Positions 36,446 to 47,789 of a stretch of DNA of 48,193 nucleotides are shown here, in pieces (positions within the stretch are counted from its first letter, which is position 1; each line of letters begins with the position of its first letter). Made by a program: the position numbers and the translations under genes. The notes beneath the pieces were generated by a model. It had not been told where the DNA came from. It ran no database searches and saw nothing but the letters and a program-made list of their open reading frames with translations. The stretch comes from Bacteroidia bacterium (GTDB taxonomy: Bacteria > Bacteroidota > Bacteroidia > UBA7662): positions 1-48,193 of the forward strand of contig JBMOHV010000003.1 in the NCBI GenBank assembly GCA_049317645.1, given 5' to 3'.

Positions 36446-37733
36446 ACGCCCTTGGGCCCCTTCATGCTTGGTGACCTTCTTTGTGTTGTGGGGTTGCCTG
36501 GGGGTCCGGGCCCAGATCGCCAATTACGGCTCCCCCTATGCTCGTTTTGGAATGGGGGAATTTCAGCCTCTGGTTGGTTCCGCATTTGGTGGCATCGGAG
36601 GAATGCAGGCGGCTGTGACCCATCCTTTGTGGATTAACACCGAGAACCCGGCGTCTTTGGGTCAAGGAGCATTGACCCGCATGGAGATAGGAACGCAGGC
36701 TCGCTTTTCCTTTCTGCGTACCAACGATCAGGCGTTGACCAAATCCAATATCAACCTCAGTCACTTGGCTTTGGCGGTGCCGGTCGGAAAAACCTTGGGC
36801 ACCTCCCTTTCGTTTACGCCCTTTGCACTCACCAATTACGATGTATCGGGTCGTGGGTTGGTCGATCCGGGCGGTGGACAGGTTCCTTACCAGGTGGACG
36901 AATACTACACAGGTCGGGGGGGATTCAACCGCCTGGCCTGGGCCTGGGGTTGGCAAATTAATTCACAGTGGAGGGTGGGTTACACCGCGAATGCCCTCTT
37001 TGGAAAGAGTATACGAGAATTTCGTCGGGTTTTTCCTGATTCTATCCAGGCCTTCAATGTCCGTGTTCAGGATCAATGGTCCGTTTTGGACCTTTACCAT
37101 CAGATCGGTTTTCAGTTTCAACCCGGCAAGCCCACCACCGCTTGGCGAGGGACTTGGGGCCTTAATCTGCGCCTGCCCTTTGAGGCTGCCATGCGCCAAA
37201 CTCTTCTGGCCGAGCGCTATACGCTTATTGCCGGCACCCCCAGGGTCCGCGATACGGTTTACAGCCTGCCCGAATCCAAGGGCGACCTGTCCATGCCCCT
37301 CAAAGCCAGCTTGGGCTATTGGCTCGAAAAAGAAGGAAAAGCTGGAACCGGCTTGGAATTGAATTACGAGCCCCTCAGCCAATGGAGGGTGATGGGTCGT
37401 TCGGATTCCATGCAGAATCAATGGACATTGCGTTGGGGTGGGTACAGGCTGGTGAAGCCAGGGGGCGGCTCTTCGGGTCGGTCCGTGATCTACCGAGCCG
37501 GATTGAGGTACAGCCCCGGGGGACTTCGTCTTCGGAATCAATCCATTCCCGAGGCAGGAATCCACCTTGGTTTGGGGATCCCCTTGAGAAGGTCGGTGAG
37601 CGTTTTGAATTTTGGATTGGAGGCGGGTCGTTGGGGCACCCTCCGTCAGGGATTGTTGCGTGAAGATTTTGTACGCTTCAACCTTTCCTTAAATCTCAAC
37701 GATCGTTGGTTTATCCGGAGGGTCTACGATTAA
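36426..37733 (+). CDS. Outer-membrane beta-barrel protein (FadL/OmpP1-like, uncharacterised)
   Basis: Signal peptide, SPYARFGMG, NPASLG plug motif, amphipathic strands, C-terminal LNDRWFIRRVYD. ATG at 36426. Confidence 0.75.
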   Translation: MQNNNPKRPWAPSCLVTFFVLWGCLGVRAQIANYGSPYARFGMGEFQPLVGSAFGGIGGMQAAVTHPLWINTENPASLGQGALTRMEIGTQARFSFLRTNDQALTKSNINLSHLALAVPVGKTLGTSLSFTPFALTNYDVSGRGLVDPGGGQVPYQVDEYYTGRGGFNRLAWAWGWQINSQWRVGYTANALFGKSIREFRRVFPDSIQAFNVRVQDQWSVLDLYHQIGFQFQPGKPTTAWRGTWGLNLRLPFEAAMRQTLLAERYTLIAGTPRVRDTVYSLPESKGDLSMPLKASLGYWLEKEGKAGTGLELNYEPLSQWRVMGRSDSMQNQWTLRWGGYRLVKPGGGSSGRSVIYRAGLRYSPGGLRLRNQSIPEAGIHLGLGIPLRRSVSVLNFGLEAGRWGTLRQGLLREDFVRFNLSLNLNDRWFIRRVYD

Positions 37734-37845
37734 TTTCGCCTCGAACAAATACGGAATTGCCTTCGGGCCATTTTGAAACTTATTTTGCCATTTCTGCGTT
37801 TTATAACTTTAGAACTTATACCCTAAACAGCTTTTTCCGCCCAAA

Positions 37846-39207
37846 ATGAAAACACCTTTCAAACAAATTTTTACCCGTCTCTTCCTATTCGTTGCCGGCC
37901 TAGGCCTGTTTTCGACGGAGATGGTGAGCGCTCAGGTCGATTGTTCCAAAAAATGGGGGGTGGACAGCGTTCAGACCATCCAAAACATCTCGCTCTACCG
38001 GGAATTTTTCAAACAAAAGAATTTTGCGGCTGCTTTGGAGCCATGGCGCTATGTTTTTGAGCAGGCACCGTGCTCGCGCGAGCAGACGCAAATTGACGGG
38101 ATTGCTATGTTCAAGGACCGTTTGAAGGCCCAAAAAGACTCCACACTACGCACGCCCCTTTTGGATACCTTGTTGTTGATTTACGACGCAAGGGCCAAGT
38201 TCTTCCCCAAGAGCGCTTCCAATGCCTTGGGTCGCAAGGCGGTTGACATGCTGGATTTCATCCCCGGCCAGAATCAACGCATCCGTGAGGCCTTTGAAGT
38301 GGCGGTACAGGTCGGCGGTCAGGCTACCGAGCCTTTTGTTCTGGGATATTACTTCAAAGTAGCCATCAAGGACTTCAAGGGCGGGGCCTTGAACCAAGAC
38401 CAAATCTTTGATTTGTACAATCAGTTGACGGGCATTGCCGACGCCAACCTCGCCAATCCAGCTTTGGATTCTACCAAGCGCCTTCGTTACACCGAAAACA
38501 AAGCAGCCTTGGATGCCGACTTGTCTATTTCGGTGATTGAGAATTGCGATCAAATCCTCAAGAATTTTGAAGCCAAATTTCTGGCAGGCAATACCGAAAA
38601 GGCACTTAGAGACCTTATCTACAACCAATTAAGGATAAGGAACTGCAAGGAGTCCGAATTTTACGAGAAGGTTGCCATCAGCAAGTTTTCCGACGATCCC
38701 CAGCCGGCCCTCGGCATCGAATTGGCTCGTCGTTTCCACAAGAGCAACCGAACCAAGGAGGCCGATACCTACTACCAAGAAGCCCTCAAATTGGTCTCGG
38801 ATGATTCCGTCAAAGCGCAGTATACCTTGGATTATGCGGCTTTGTTTAGCGAGGACAAGCAATACGACAAAGCCAGGGAATTGGCCCTCCAAGCGAATGC
38901 GCTTCGTCCAAACTGGGGCAAGCCGTTTCTGTTCATTGGGAACCTGTACGCCGCCAGTTACAATGTCTGTGGGGGCGGTGGCATCTCGGCCCAGGCTGTT
39001 TATTGGGCCGCGGTTGACAAATTCAAGCAGGCGGCTCGTACCAATCCGGCCCTGCAAACCGAGTGCGATCAGTTGGTGGACAAATACAGCGGTTATTTCC
39101 CCAAAAAGGAAACCCTCTTTTTTAACAACCCTCCCTACAAAGGAGGCGATGCCTACCGCGTCGGTTGTTGGATTCAGGAAAGTACCTCGGTCCGTACCTC
39201 GGATTGA
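37846..39207 (+). CDS. Periplasmic TPR-like helical repeat protein
   Basis: Signal peptide (MVSA-Q), SLYREFFKQKN, helical repeats, YWAAVDKF, C-terminal CWIQESTSVR. Confidence 0.8.
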   Translation: MKTPFKQIFTRLFLFVAGLGLFSTEMVSAQVDCSKKWGVDSVQTIQNISLYREFFKQKNFAAALEPWRYVFEQAPCSREQTQIDGIAMFKDRLKAQKDSTLRTPLLDTLLLIYDARAKFFPKSASNALGRKAVDMLDFIPGQNQRIREAFEVAVQVGGQATEPFVLGYYFKVAIKDFKGGALNQDQIFDLYNQLTGIADANLANPALDSTKRLRYTENKAALDADLSISVIENCDQILKNFEAKFLAGNTEKALRDLIYNQLRIRNCKESEFYEKVAISKFSDDPQPALGIELARRFHKSNRTKEADTYYQEALKLVSDDSVKAQYTLDYAALFSEDKQYDKARELALQANALRPNWGKPFLFIGNLYAASYNVCGGGGISAQAVYWAAVDKFKQAARTNPALQTECDQLVDKYSGYFPKKETLFFNNPPYKGGDAYRVGCWIQESTSVRTSD

Positions 39208-39800
39208 TGGATTCTTGGACCCCTCCGTGGATTGGATGGGCGCGGTACAGGGATTGGATGCGGGTTTGGTATTGTTATTTGGGCTTGGTCCTTGTGTTGG
39301 TCGGGGGATGCACCCCGGATCGGGAGAAGGCCGAGCGGTTTCGAAATCCGTTGGAGGTCGGGGTGGATCGCATGGAGGGGGTGGATTGGTGGTTTTATAG
39401 CCAAGGCAAAGTCAAGGCCCATGCTGTGGCCGGTAGGGCGGCCTGGCACCGAAATCAGGATAGGCTGGATTTGTACGATGGTCTTAGGGTTGCTTTTTAC
39501 GACGCAACGGGTTCACGCATTCTCAGTCGGTTGACCGCCGAAGGGGGTCGCAGGGATTCCAAAAAGGGGATTTTGGAGGCGAGGGGACGGGTTGTGGCCA
39601 ACAATACCGCTGGTGATACCTTGTTTACGGAACGTTTGTTCATGGAGGAGGCGACCGGTAGGGTTTATACCACGGGTCCGGTCCGTATCCGGACGCCCAG
39701 GGAACTGTTGATGGGAGAGGGGTTGGAAGCCAACCGAGATTTGAGCCAATACCGCATTCTCAAACTCAAAGGAAGCGTTCGCTGGGGGGAACCGTCTTAA
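39207..39800 (+). CDS. lptC: LptC-like LPS export periplasmic protein
   Basis: Hydrophobic stretch ending LVGGC, GLRVAFYD, SRLTA, GDTLFTERL, GEGLEAN. Start is 39207 (TGATG overlap) or 39258. Confidence 0.75.
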   Translation: MDSWTPPWIGWARYRDWMRVWYCYLGLVLVLVGGCTPDREKAERFRNPLEVGVDRMEGVDWWFYSQGKVKAHAVAGRAAWHRNQDRLDLYDGLRVAFYDATGSRILSRLTAEGGRRDSKKGILEARGRVVANNTAGDTLFTERLFMEEATGRVYTTGPVRIRTPRELLMGEGLEANRDLSQYRILKLKGSVRWGEPS

Positions 39801-39809
39801 TTTCGTGCG

Positions 39810-41090
39810 GTGATTGGTGTTTTACTGGCCTTGATGGCCTCGGCTTTTTTTTCGGGCATGGAATCAGCTTTCCTGAATGCCAACCGATTTCGCTTGGAGT
39901 TGCGTCAGAAGCAAGCGATCCCCTCGGCCTTGATCCTGGGTCGCTTCGTTCGGAATTCAGATGAATTTTTGGGGACCATATTGATTGGAAACAACCTGGC
40001 CCTGGTGGTGTACGGGATGTTTTTGACGCCTCTGATTGACCCCATCCTCCTGTCTTGGTTCCCGGCTCTTGCGGGTCTGGACTTGGCCATGCTGGGGCTG
40101 CAGACCTTGTTGAGTTCGGTGGTGGTTTTGTTCTTGGGGGAGTATTTTCCCAAAACCGTTTTTCGGGCCAATGCGGACGCCTTGTTTATGGCTTTTGCAC
40201 GGCCCATGCAGGCGGTTTATTATTTGTTATATCCTTTTGTTTATGTGGTAAGCCGGGCCAGTCGCTGGTTGGTTCGCCAGGTTAGCAGCGAAGGCGAAGC
40301 AGGTCCCGCCAAGGTTTTTGATAAAGCCGAACTCAGCCATTGGCTCAACGAACAAGTCTATTTCCAAGACGAGGCGACCGAGCAGGAGGTGGATCTGGGA
40401 TACTTTCACAAAGCGCTCTATTTCAGTGATATAAAAATAAGAGCCTGCATGGTCCCCCGGACGGAATTGGTGGGCTTGGAGGTGGGGAGCAGTCGCGATC
40501 AAGTCCTCAAGGCCTTCAACGAAAGCGGCTTGTCCAAGATTCTTCTTTTCCGCGGCGATATGGATCATGTGGTCGGATATCTTCACTTTCATTCGGTATT
40601 GGCTTTGGACCCATCCTTGCCTTTTCGTTTGCAGGATTTGCAATTGCCTTTGGCCATTGTTCCGGAATCGATGTCGGCCTCCCGTTTGCTCAAACAACTG
40701 ACGGCTGGAAGGCGTTCCATGGCGCTGGTGGTGGATGAACTCGGTGGGACAGCGGGCATGGTCACTGTGGAGGATTTGCTCGAAGAAATTTTTGGTGAAA
40801 TTCAAGACGAACACGACGAGCCCGAAAGGGTTGAGAAAGAGCTGGAAGCCGGAAAATTCCTTTTTTCGGGTCGCTTGGAGGTGGATTATGTCAACGAGCA
40901 CTATGCCTTGGGAATCCCCGTGGGGCCCTACGAGACGCTGGGTGGCTGGGTGATGGAAAGCCGTGGGGACTTCCCCGAAGCTGGAAGTACCTGGGTCGAA
41001 GAAGGCCTCGAAGTCCGGGTCGAAGCGGTGAGCACAACCCGAATTGACTTGATTAGCCTGCGCAGGCTCGGAAAGGATGCCGAAGAATAG
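39810..41090 (+). CDS. CNNM/CBS/CorC 'hemolysin-family' membrane protein
   Basis: SAFFSGMESAF, TILIGNN, GEYFPK, MVPRTE, VVDELGGTAGMVTVEDLLEEIFGEIQDEHD, YETLGG. Confidence 0.92.
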   Translation: MIGVLLALMASAFFSGMESAFLNANRFRLELRQKQAIPSALILGRFVRNSDEFLGTILIGNNLALVVYGMFLTPLIDPILLSWFPALAGLDLAMLGLQTLLSSVVVLFLGEYFPKTVFRANADALFMAFARPMQAVYYLLYPFVYVVSRASRWLVRQVSSEGEAGPAKVFDKAELSHWLNEQVYFQDEATEQEVDLGYFHKALYFSDIKIRACMVPRTELVGLEVGSSRDQVLKAFNESGLSKILLFRGDMDHVVGYLHFHSVLALDPSLPFRLQDLQLPLAIVPESMSASRLLKQLTAGRRSMALVVDELGGTAGMVTVEDLLEEIFGEIQDEHDEPERVEKELEAGKFLFSGRLEVDYVNEHYALGIPVGPYETLGGWVMESRGDFPEAGSTWVEEGLEVRVEAVSTTRIDLISLRRLGKDAEE

Positions 41091-41101
41091 GCCTAAAGGC
41101 T

Positions 41102-41109
41102 TATTTTTG
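41102..41109 (+). promoter_or_regulatory. -7 promoter element for the PPIase gene
   Basis: TATTTTTG matches TAnnTTTG. Confidence 0.5.
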
Positions 41110-41129
41110 CATCCCTTAATTTTTGTAAG

Positions 41130-43229
41130 ATGTCGGTTATTACCACTATACGCAGCAAAGCGGGTCTTCTGGTCGCTCTCATTGGTCTTGCCCTGGTTTC
41201 CTTCTTGGCCATGGACGTTTTCTCCGGAAACGGCCTTTTCTCGCAACGCAACCCAACGGATGTGGGCGAAATTGAGGGGGACAAAATCAGTTTGAACCTA
41301 TTTGACGTCAAACTGCAAGAGACCGTCGAGAACTACAAAGCCAATACCAACACGGCCCAGGTTGACGAGGCCACGATGGCTTCGCTTCGCGACCAAGTTT
41401 GGAATGAACTGCTTAGGGAGCGAATTATGGGTGAAACCTACAAGGACTTGGGCCTGGAAGTCGGCGAAGAGGAGCTTTACGATATGGTTCAGGGCAAAAA
41501 TCTTCATCCCGAAATCCAAAAGGCCTTTACCGACCCCCAAACCGGACAATTTGACCGGACCCGGGTGGTTGATTTCCTCAAGAACCTTTCCAAACAGCCT
41601 GCCGATATGCAGAAGAAGTGGAAGGCCTTCGAAGACTACCTTCTCAAGGACCGTACAACCCGCAAATACTCGAATCTGGTGGCCATGGGCATGTACATCC
41701 CTGATTTTTTTGCCGATGAGTTTGTCAAAGGAACCAATATCGCCGCCACCGGTCGTTACGCCCTTTTGGATTACAGCACCATCGTGGATTCGACCATCCG
41801 ACTGAGCGATGAGGACTATCAGAAGGCGTACGAAAAATTCAAGGCATCTTTTAAGCTCAAGGACGATATCAGGGCCCTGGATTATGTAAGCTTTGAAGTA
41901 ACCGCCTCTAGTGAGGACTCTGCCAAGGCTCGTCAAACCCTCATGGATCTGCGGGATGCCCTTGTTGCCAGCACCGATGACAGCGCTTTTGCGGCCTTGC
42001 GCTCGGATTTGCCATACGATGATCGATTTACGCCGGTCTCGACTCTGACCCAGCCCGCCTTGGTGGCCTTGGCCAGTTCACCCGTCGGTACAGTGACCGA
42101 TCTCTATCTCGAGAACGGGGCCTTTGTTTTGACCAAACTATCCCAAAAAACCAGCCGTCCAGACTCTGTAAAGGCCAGGCATATTCTTCTCAAAGTGGAG
42201 AATCGTCCCGATTCAACCGTCAAGGCCCAGGCGGATAGCCTGTTGCAGGCGGTACGGAGTGGTTCGGATTTTGGTGCTTTGGCGACAACCTTTTCGGCCG
42301 ACCCTGGATCGGCCGTCAAAGGCGGCGACTTGGGCTATTTTGCAGAAGGCATGATGGTGAAGCCCTTCAACGATGCCTGTTTTGGTGGTCGCAGCGGGGA
42401 GCTGGTGGTGGTCCGCTCTGATTTTGGATACCACCTGATTCAAATCAACGACCAGAAGGGTCAAAAGCCGGTTGTCAAGTTGGCGCCGGTGGCTGCGAGG
42501 ATTTCCCCTTCGACCGAAACCTTCCGGGCTCGCTTTGCCGTGGCGACGGCCTTTGCTTCCAGCCTCAAAAACTCCGAGGATTTCCAGAAAGCAGTGGACA
42601 CCAAGGGTCTTCCCAAGAAGACGGCTGAGAATATTCGAGTGGGTGACCGCGTCATTCCTGGCATCAACAACGCTCGGGAAATCGTGCGCTGGGCTTACAA
42701 AGCAACTACGGGCGATTTGAGCCCCCTCTTCGAAACGGAGGATCGTTTTGTGGTTGCCGTTTTGACCAAAGCCATGGAGAAAGGGACCAAGCCTCTCGAG
42801 GAGGTCAAGACAGATCTCGAGTATCGCATTCGCAAAGAGAAAAAAGGAGAAATGCTGGCCAGCAAATGGACCAAGGCATTGGGCCAAAATCCCAATCTGG
42901 AAGCCGCTGCCGCCAACGTAGGTGCGATGGTTCAGCCTTTGATGGGCGCTTCTTTCCTCGGCTCCTTCATCAACGGGGTGGGCCAGGAGCCCAAACTATC
43001 CGGGGCTTTGTTTTCAACCCCCAAAGGCCGAATCGGGAAGCCAGTTGCCGGCGAGCGCGGTGTCTATGTTTTCGTCGTGGACAGCCTGAGCAGTCTTCCC
43101 AAAGACTACGACTTGCGTTCGGCCAAAGCATCGCTCGAAGGGCAGTACCGTGGAAGGGCAGGGAACGAGCCCTTTGGTGCCAAGCGTGAATTGGCCACCA
43201 TCAAGGACGATCGCCATCTCTTTTATTAA
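41130..43229 (+). CDS. ppiD: Membrane-anchored periplasmic chaperone with SurA-N and parvulin domains (PpiD-like)
   Basis: N-terminal TM, VKARHILL, FSADPGSAVKGGDLG, MVKPFNDA, SDFGYHLI. Confidence 0.85.
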   Translation: MSVITTIRSKAGLLVALIGLALVSFLAMDVFSGNGLFSQRNPTDVGEIEGDKISLNLFDVKLQETVENYKANTNTAQVDEATMASLRDQVWNELLRERIMGETYKDLGLEVGEEELYDMVQGKNLHPEIQKAFTDPQTGQFDRTRVVDFLKNLSKQPADMQKKWKAFEDYLLKDRTTRKYSNLVAMGMYIPDFFADEFVKGTNIAATGRYALLDYSTIVDSTIRLSDEDYQKAYEKFKASFKLKDDIRALDYVSFEVTASSEDSAKARQTLMDLRDALVASTDDSAFAALRSDLPYDDRFTPVSTLTQPALVALASSPVGTVTDLYLENGAFVLTKLSQKTSRPDSVKARHILLKVENRPDSTVKAQADSLLQAVRSGSDFGALATTFSADPGSAVKGGDLGYFAEGMMVKPFNDACFGGRSGELVVVRSDFGYHLIQINDQKGQKPVVKLAPVAARISPSTETFRARFAVATAFASSLKNSEDFQKAVDTKGLPKKTAENIRVGDRVIPGINNAREIVRWAYKATTGDLSPLFETEDRFVVAVLTKAMEKGTKPLEEVKTDLEYRIRKEKKGEMLASKWTKALGQNPNLEAAAANVGAMVQPLMGASFLGSFINGVGQEPKLSGALFSTPKGRIGKPVAGERGVYVFVVDSLSSLPKDYDLRSAKASLEGQYRGRAGNEPFGAKRELATIKDDRHLFY

Positions 43230-43231
43230 TT

Positions 43232-43816
43232 TTGGAATCGCAGCCGCTCGATACGGCTTCGGTAGCAGGCATGAGCGAGGATTCGTCGCCAATTCGTAAC
43301 AAAATTCAAGAAAGCGGGATTCAGGTCTTGGATCCCAATGACTTTCTTGTGCCGGATTCCCAAATTCGACCCCTTGATCTGGCGGATTATATGGACGAAT
43401 GGGGCGTCCTCCGTGAAAAAGATTACCGGGCCCGCGTTCAGGCCATGGATCCCACCCCTTACGCCGGACGTTGGGTAGCCTTGTATTGTTCATCCGAAGC
43501 GGTTTGGCCGCCATGGGCGGTGATGATTTTGGCGGTCCACCTTCAAGGGGGAGAGCCTTCGGTTCGTCCCGCCGGCATCGAATATGGAACCCCGGGTCAG
43601 GTGCAGTGTCAATTGGCTTTGGCACGTATTCGGCAACTGGATACGGAACTGTACCGCGATGCTCGTTTGATGATCAAGGCTTGTTCCAGGGCGGAATGGA
43701 CACCGGCCCTATACCTGGCCTTGACCCAACGATTGATGGGGGTGGTTCAGAGCCTTTTTTACGGTGAACCTTGTTCGGCTTTTCCGATTTACAAACGCCG
43801 CTCGTTTGTGGCGTAA
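43232..43816 (+). CDS. DUF2480-like protein
   Basis: IRNKIQESG, VLREKDYR, VALYCSSEAVWPPWAVM, IKACS, SLFYGEPCSAFPIYK. Start may be ATG 43271. Confidence 0.75.
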   Translation: MESQPLDTASVAGMSEDSSPIRNKIQESGIQVLDPNDFLVPDSQIRPLDLADYMDEWGVLREKDYRARVQAMDPTPYAGRWVALYCSSEAVWPPWAVMILAVHLQGGEPSVRPAGIEYGTPGQVQCQLALARIRQLDTELYRDARLMIKACSRAEWTPALYLALTQRLMGVVQSLFYGEPCSAFPIYKRRSFVA

Positions 43817-43821
43817 TTTTG
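43814..43821 (+). promoter_or_regulatory. -7 promoter element for the transglycosylase-uvrA pair
   Basis: TAATTTTG overlapping the upstream stop codon. Confidence 0.5.
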
Positions 43822-43843
43822 GGAAAGACCTGAACAAAAATTT

Positions 43844-44851
43844 ATGAAATTCTGGGGCCAAGGGAGTTGGGCCAAGCGTTCCAAAACGATCGCGTGGTTG
43901 GTGGGGCTCTTTGTGCCGTTGTCGGTGGGTTGGTTGCTGAACAGCGCATCCAAGACCGAGGAAGAAAAAGCCTACCGCCAGAAATTTTGGTCCAATTACC
44001 GGGTGTATTCGGTTCCGGTTCCAGAGGGCATGCATTTTGCGGGCGAAAAAGTTCCTTTGTGGGATTTTGAGTTTCGCGAACGAGTCGAAAGGGAATTACT
44101 TCAAAATGCCTATGGGCAGGCGACCATGCTCCTTTACATCAAGCGTGCAGCTCGTTGGTTTCCTATGATCGAAAATGTGTTAAAACAAAACGGGATCCCC
44201 GAAGATTTCAAATACCTGGCGGTGGCCGAGAGCGGTTTGGCCAATGCCATTTCGTCGGCCGATGCCGTTGGTTATTGGCAGTTTTTGGCAGGCACGGCTC
44301 GTCAACACGGACTGCAGGTCAACGAAGAAGTCGATCAACGCTACGACCCCTGGCTGTCAACCCAGGCGGCGTGCAGGTACCTACGCAGAGCGCACGATCA
44401 ATTCGGGAATTGGTCCATGGTTGCTGCCTCCTACAACATGGGTACGGCAGGTTTGAAACAGCAGGCTGACTACCAAGGCAAGGATCGTTACCCGGAACTT
44501 CATCTTAACAACGAAACATCCCGCTACCTTCCCCGGATTCTTGCTATCAAAACCATCATGGAACACCCCGAGCGGTACGGTTTTCATTTGACCGCATCGC
44601 AGGTTTATTTACCCTTCGAAACCGTCCAATGGACGCTGAAAGAGCCGGTGACGAATTGGGCCAACTATGCCCGGGAACACGGAATGAGTTACCGCGAGCT
44701 CAAAATATTTAACCCCTGGATACGCAAAACCTCTTTGCGCAATCCGGACCGTAACACCTATACGCTGCGCAAGCCTACCCAATCATTTTCGGACAAGGCA
44801 TCGCGCTGGTCTCTGGTTCCGGTGGCCGAATGGGGTTTGGGGCTGCCATGA
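43844..44851 (+). CDS. Lytic transglycosylase (SLT/MltD-like)
   Basis: YLAVAESGL (catalytic Glu), [25 protein letters not shown]. Confidence 0.9.
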   Translation: MKFWGQGSWAKRSKTIAWLVGLFVPLSVGWLLNSASKTEEEKAYRQKFWSNYRVYSVPVPEGMHFAGEKVPLWDFEFRERVERELLQNAYGQATMLLYIKRAARWFPMIENVLKQNGIPEDFKYLAVAESGLANAISSADAVGYWQFLAGTARQHGLQVNEEVDQRYDPWLSTQAACRYLRRAHDQFGNWSMVAASYNMGTAGLKQQADYQGKDRYPELHLNNETSRYLPRILAIKTIMEHPERYGFHLTASQVYLPFETVQWTLKEPVTNWANYAREHGMSYRELKIFNPWIRKTSLRNPDRNTYTLRKPTQSFSDKASRWSLVPVAEWGLGLP

Positions 44852-47685
44852 AAGAAGTTCTTCGCATCGAGGGTGCCCGCGAGCACAATCTCCGGGACCT
44901 GGACCTAACCCTTCCCCGGGAATCTTTGGTGGTTGTTACGGGGCCCAGCGGGAGTGGAAAATCCTCCTTGGCTTTTGCGACTTTGTACGCCGAGGGGCAG
45001 CGACGGTATTTGGAGTCTTTTTCGGCCTATGCCCGTCAGTTCATGGGCAAGCTGGAAAGGCCGGCGGTGGATCGGATCGATGGCTTGAGCCCCGTCATTG
45101 CGATTGAGCAAAAAACAACCTCCCGCAATCCCCGATCTACGGTGGGAACCACCACGGAGATTTATGATTTTTTGAGGCTGCTCTTTGCCCGCATTGGCCA
45201 AGCCCATTCCTGGGTTTCGGGTAAACCGATGCAACAGTTTAGCCAGGCCCAGATTATGGAAAGCCTGCTCCAGGATTACAAGGACCGTGATCTGATGTTA
45301 TTGGCTCCGCTGATCCGCAGCCGCAAAGGACACTACCGTGAACTTTTTGAACAATGGCGCAAGCAGGGTTTTACCAAAGTGCGGATCGATGGCGAGGTCA
45401 CGGACCTCTCACCCCGTATGCAGGTCGACCGTTACAAGGTTCATGATATCGAATTGGTGGTGGACGTGCTGGTGCCTGGTCAGGATTCAGCCCATCGACT
45501 CAAAACCAGCGTGGAATTGGCTACACGATTGGGCAAGGGAGTTTTGTTATGCGGCACCCCCTCGGACGATGGGTCCGGGTCTTGGAATTGGCGGTATTTC
45601 AGCAAATTATTGACCGATCCCGAGAACGGTTTGGCCTACGACGAACCTCAGCCTAACACATTTTCGTTTAACCTACCGTACGGGGCTTGCCCTCGATGCC
45701 AAGGCCTGGGCTCCAAAATGGAGGCGGACCCTGAATTGGTTTTTGGGGACGGGGAGCTTACGTTGGGCAACGGGGGCTTGGCTCCGTTGGGGGAATACAA
45801 AGACAATTGGATTTTTCGGGTTATCCTGGCATTGGGCAAGAAAAACAAGTTTGGTCTCCAAACACGGGTTTCTCAACTAACCTCCGACCAAAAGCACTTG
45901 CTTTTGTATGGCCAAAAAGAACCCGTGGCGGTGGATATGGGCAAGGATCGAGGGATGGAATACCACTCCTTTGATGGGTTGATGGCCTTGATTACTCGGC
46001 AGGACGAATGGGGGACGTCGTCCATGCAGGAATGGGTGCAGCGCTTTGTCCGTCAGAAACCCTGCACGGACTGTGGCGGGGGACGACTCAAAAAAGAAGC
46101 CTTGCATTTCTGGATCGCGGGGAAGAGCATTGCCGACCTCTGCGGGATGGAATTGCAGACCTTGCAGGATTGGTTGGGGGGATTGGAGGGGTCGTTCAAA
46201 GGAAACAAGGCCAGGGTGGCCGATGAAATTCTCAAGGAACTGCGAATTCGTCTGCAGTTTTTGTTGGATGTGGGCCTCGGTTACCTGCATTTGCACCGCA
46301 GCACGGCTACTTTGTCCGGTGGGGAGTCCCAGCGGATTCGGCTGGCCAGTCAGTTGGGCTCCGGGCTTAGCGGGGTTTTGTACATTTTGGACGAACCCAG
46401 CATCGGATTGCACCCCCGGGATAACCGGCGTTTGATAGGGGCCTTGCGGAATCTTCGGGACCTGGGTAACACGGTTTTGGTGGTGGAGCACGACGAAGAA
46501 ATGATTCGCGCCGCGGACTGGGTGGTGGATTTGGGACCCGGAGCCGGTAGCGAGGGTGGGCGGCTGGTCTCCGAAGGCCCCCCGGAGGCGTTGAGCCGCA
46601 GTGGAGGGCTGACGGCGGATTACTTGTCCGGCGTCCGTCAGGTGGGGGCTTCCAAGGACCGCCCTGGCAACGAACATTGGTTGGGATTGATCGGAGCGAC
46701 CGGGCACAACCTGCGTCGGGTGGACCTTCGGGTGCCACTCGGCTGTCTGATCGGGGTTTCGGGGGTTTCGGGTTCCGGCAAATCATCCTTGATCAATGAA
46801 ACCCTGGTGCCGGCCCTCACCAATCAAATTACTGGTACCCGTCGCTTTCATTTGCCATTCAAAAGTTTGGAAGGTTGGGAGCATCTGGACAAAGTCATCG
46901 AGATTGATCAATCCCCGATAGGACGCACACCGCGCTCCAATCCTGCAACCTATACAGGCCTGTTTACCGACATTCGGCAGCTTTTTGCCGAAATGCCCTT
47001 GTCCAAAATCCGTGGCTACACCCCGGGTCGCTTTTCTTTTAATGTATCAGGGGGGCGTTGCGAGGCCTGCGGTGGAGCAGGGGTCCGGGTTTTGGAGATG
47101 AATTTTTTGCCCGATGTCGAATTGCCTTGCGAGAACTGCGGGGGCAAGCGTTACCAGCGGGATACCCTCGAGGTCCGCTACAAGGGCCGCAACATCCACG
47201 AAGTCCTTTCGATGTCGATTCACGAGGCGGTTCCGTTTTTTGACGGCCTGCCCCACCTCCGAAAGCGCCTGGCTACCCTCGAAAAGGTGGGATTGGGCTA
47301 CCTCCAGCTGGGTCAACCGGCAACAACTTTGTCCGGAGGCGAGGCGCAGCGCCTCAAATTGGCCGCAGAATTGGGCCGACGGGAAGGGGGACAGACCCTT
47401 TACATCCTGGATGAACCCACCACCGGCCTTCACATGGAGGATATTCGGGTTCTGGTCGAGCTTTTGCAGGCCCTGGTGGACAAAGGCCACACGGTTTTGG
47501 TGATTGAGCACCAGGTGGACCTGCTCCGGGCTGCTGATTATCTGGTGGACTTGGGCCCCGAGGGGGGCGCTGGGGGCGGAAACATCCTTTGGCAGGGTTT
47601 TGCCAAGGACTGGAAGGGCTTGGCGGGCCCCAAGGCAGGCCCCTTGCCCGGTTATACCCTGCCCTGCCTGCTTGGTTTGACCTAA
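44848..47685 (+). CDS. uvrA: Excinuclease ABC subunit A
   Basis: [41 protein letters not shown] and CxxC pairs. ATG 44848 overlaps the upstream TGA. Confidence 0.97.
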   Translation: MKEVLRIEGAREHNLRDLDLTLPRESLVVVTGPSGSGKSSLAFATLYAEGQRRYLESFSAYARQFMGKLERPAVDRIDGLSPVIAIEQKTTSRNPRSTVGTTTEIYDFLRLLFARIGQAHSWVSGKPMQQFSQAQIMESLLQDYKDRDLMLLAPLIRSRKGHYRELFEQWRKQGFTKVRIDGEVTDLSPRMQVDRYKVHDIELVVDVLVPGQDSAHRLKTSVELATRLGKGVLLCGTPSDDGSGSWNWRYFSKLLTDPENGLAYDEPQPNTFSFNLPYGACPRCQGLGSKMEADPELVFGDGELTLGNGGLAPLGEYKDNWIFRVILALGKKNKFGLQTRVSQLTSDQKHLLLYGQKEPVAVDMGKDRGMEYHSFDGLMALITRQDEWGTSSMQEWVQRFVRQKPCTDCGGGRLKKEALHFWIAGKSIADLCGMELQTLQDWLGGLEGSFKGNKARVADEILKELRIRLQFLLDVGLGYLHLHRSTATLSGGESQRIRLASQLGSGLSGVLYILDEPSIGLHPRDNRRLIGALRNLRDLGNTVLVVEHDEEMIRAADWVVDLGPGAGSEGGRLVSEGPPEALSRSGGLTADYLSGVRQVGASKDRPGNEHWLGLIGATGHNLRRVDLRVPLGCLIGVSGVSGSGKSSLINETLVPALTNQITGTRRFHLPFKSLEGWEHLDKVIEIDQSPIGRTPRSNPATYTGLFTDIRQLFAEMPLSKIRGYTPGRFSFNVSGGRCEACGGAGVRVLEMNFLPDVELPCENCGGKRYQRDTLEVRYKGRNIHEVLSMSIHEAVPFFDGLPHLRKRLATLEKVGLGYLQLGQPATTLSGGEAQRLKLAAELGRREGGQTLYILDEPTTGLHMEDIRVLVELLQALVDKGHTVLVIEHQVDLLRAADYLVDLGPEGGAGGGNILWQGFAKDWKGLAGPKAGPLPGYTLPCLLGLT

Positions 47686-47789
47686 GGATACCCTCGGACC
47701 TCGTCAGGGGCGGGTCAATTTTTTTTGCTTTATTGTTTAATAATCAAAAATTATTGCTAAATTTATCCACCTAACTAAATCGTAAAGGC

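Noticed and set aside
39810-41090. Hemolysin or toxin
   Set aside because: The CNNM-CBS-CorC architecture indicates a divalent cation transport protein. The hemolysin label is historical.
40227-41246. 339-aa minus-strand ORF and similar long antisense ORFs (13070-13912, 45877-46707, 35639-36403, 28608-29342)
   Set aside because: They lie antisense to well-supported genes and have no motifs. Such shadows are expected at this GC content.
45200-45640. Loss of one UvrA zinc site (SWVSG and LTDPENG instead of Cys/His pairs)
   Set aside because: Visible in the sequence, but I recall this site being degenerate in Bacteroidota UvrA generally. The other CxxC pairs are intact.
47686-47730. Intrinsic terminator after uvrA
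   Set aside because: Only a short bulged stem separated from the T tract, too weak to call.
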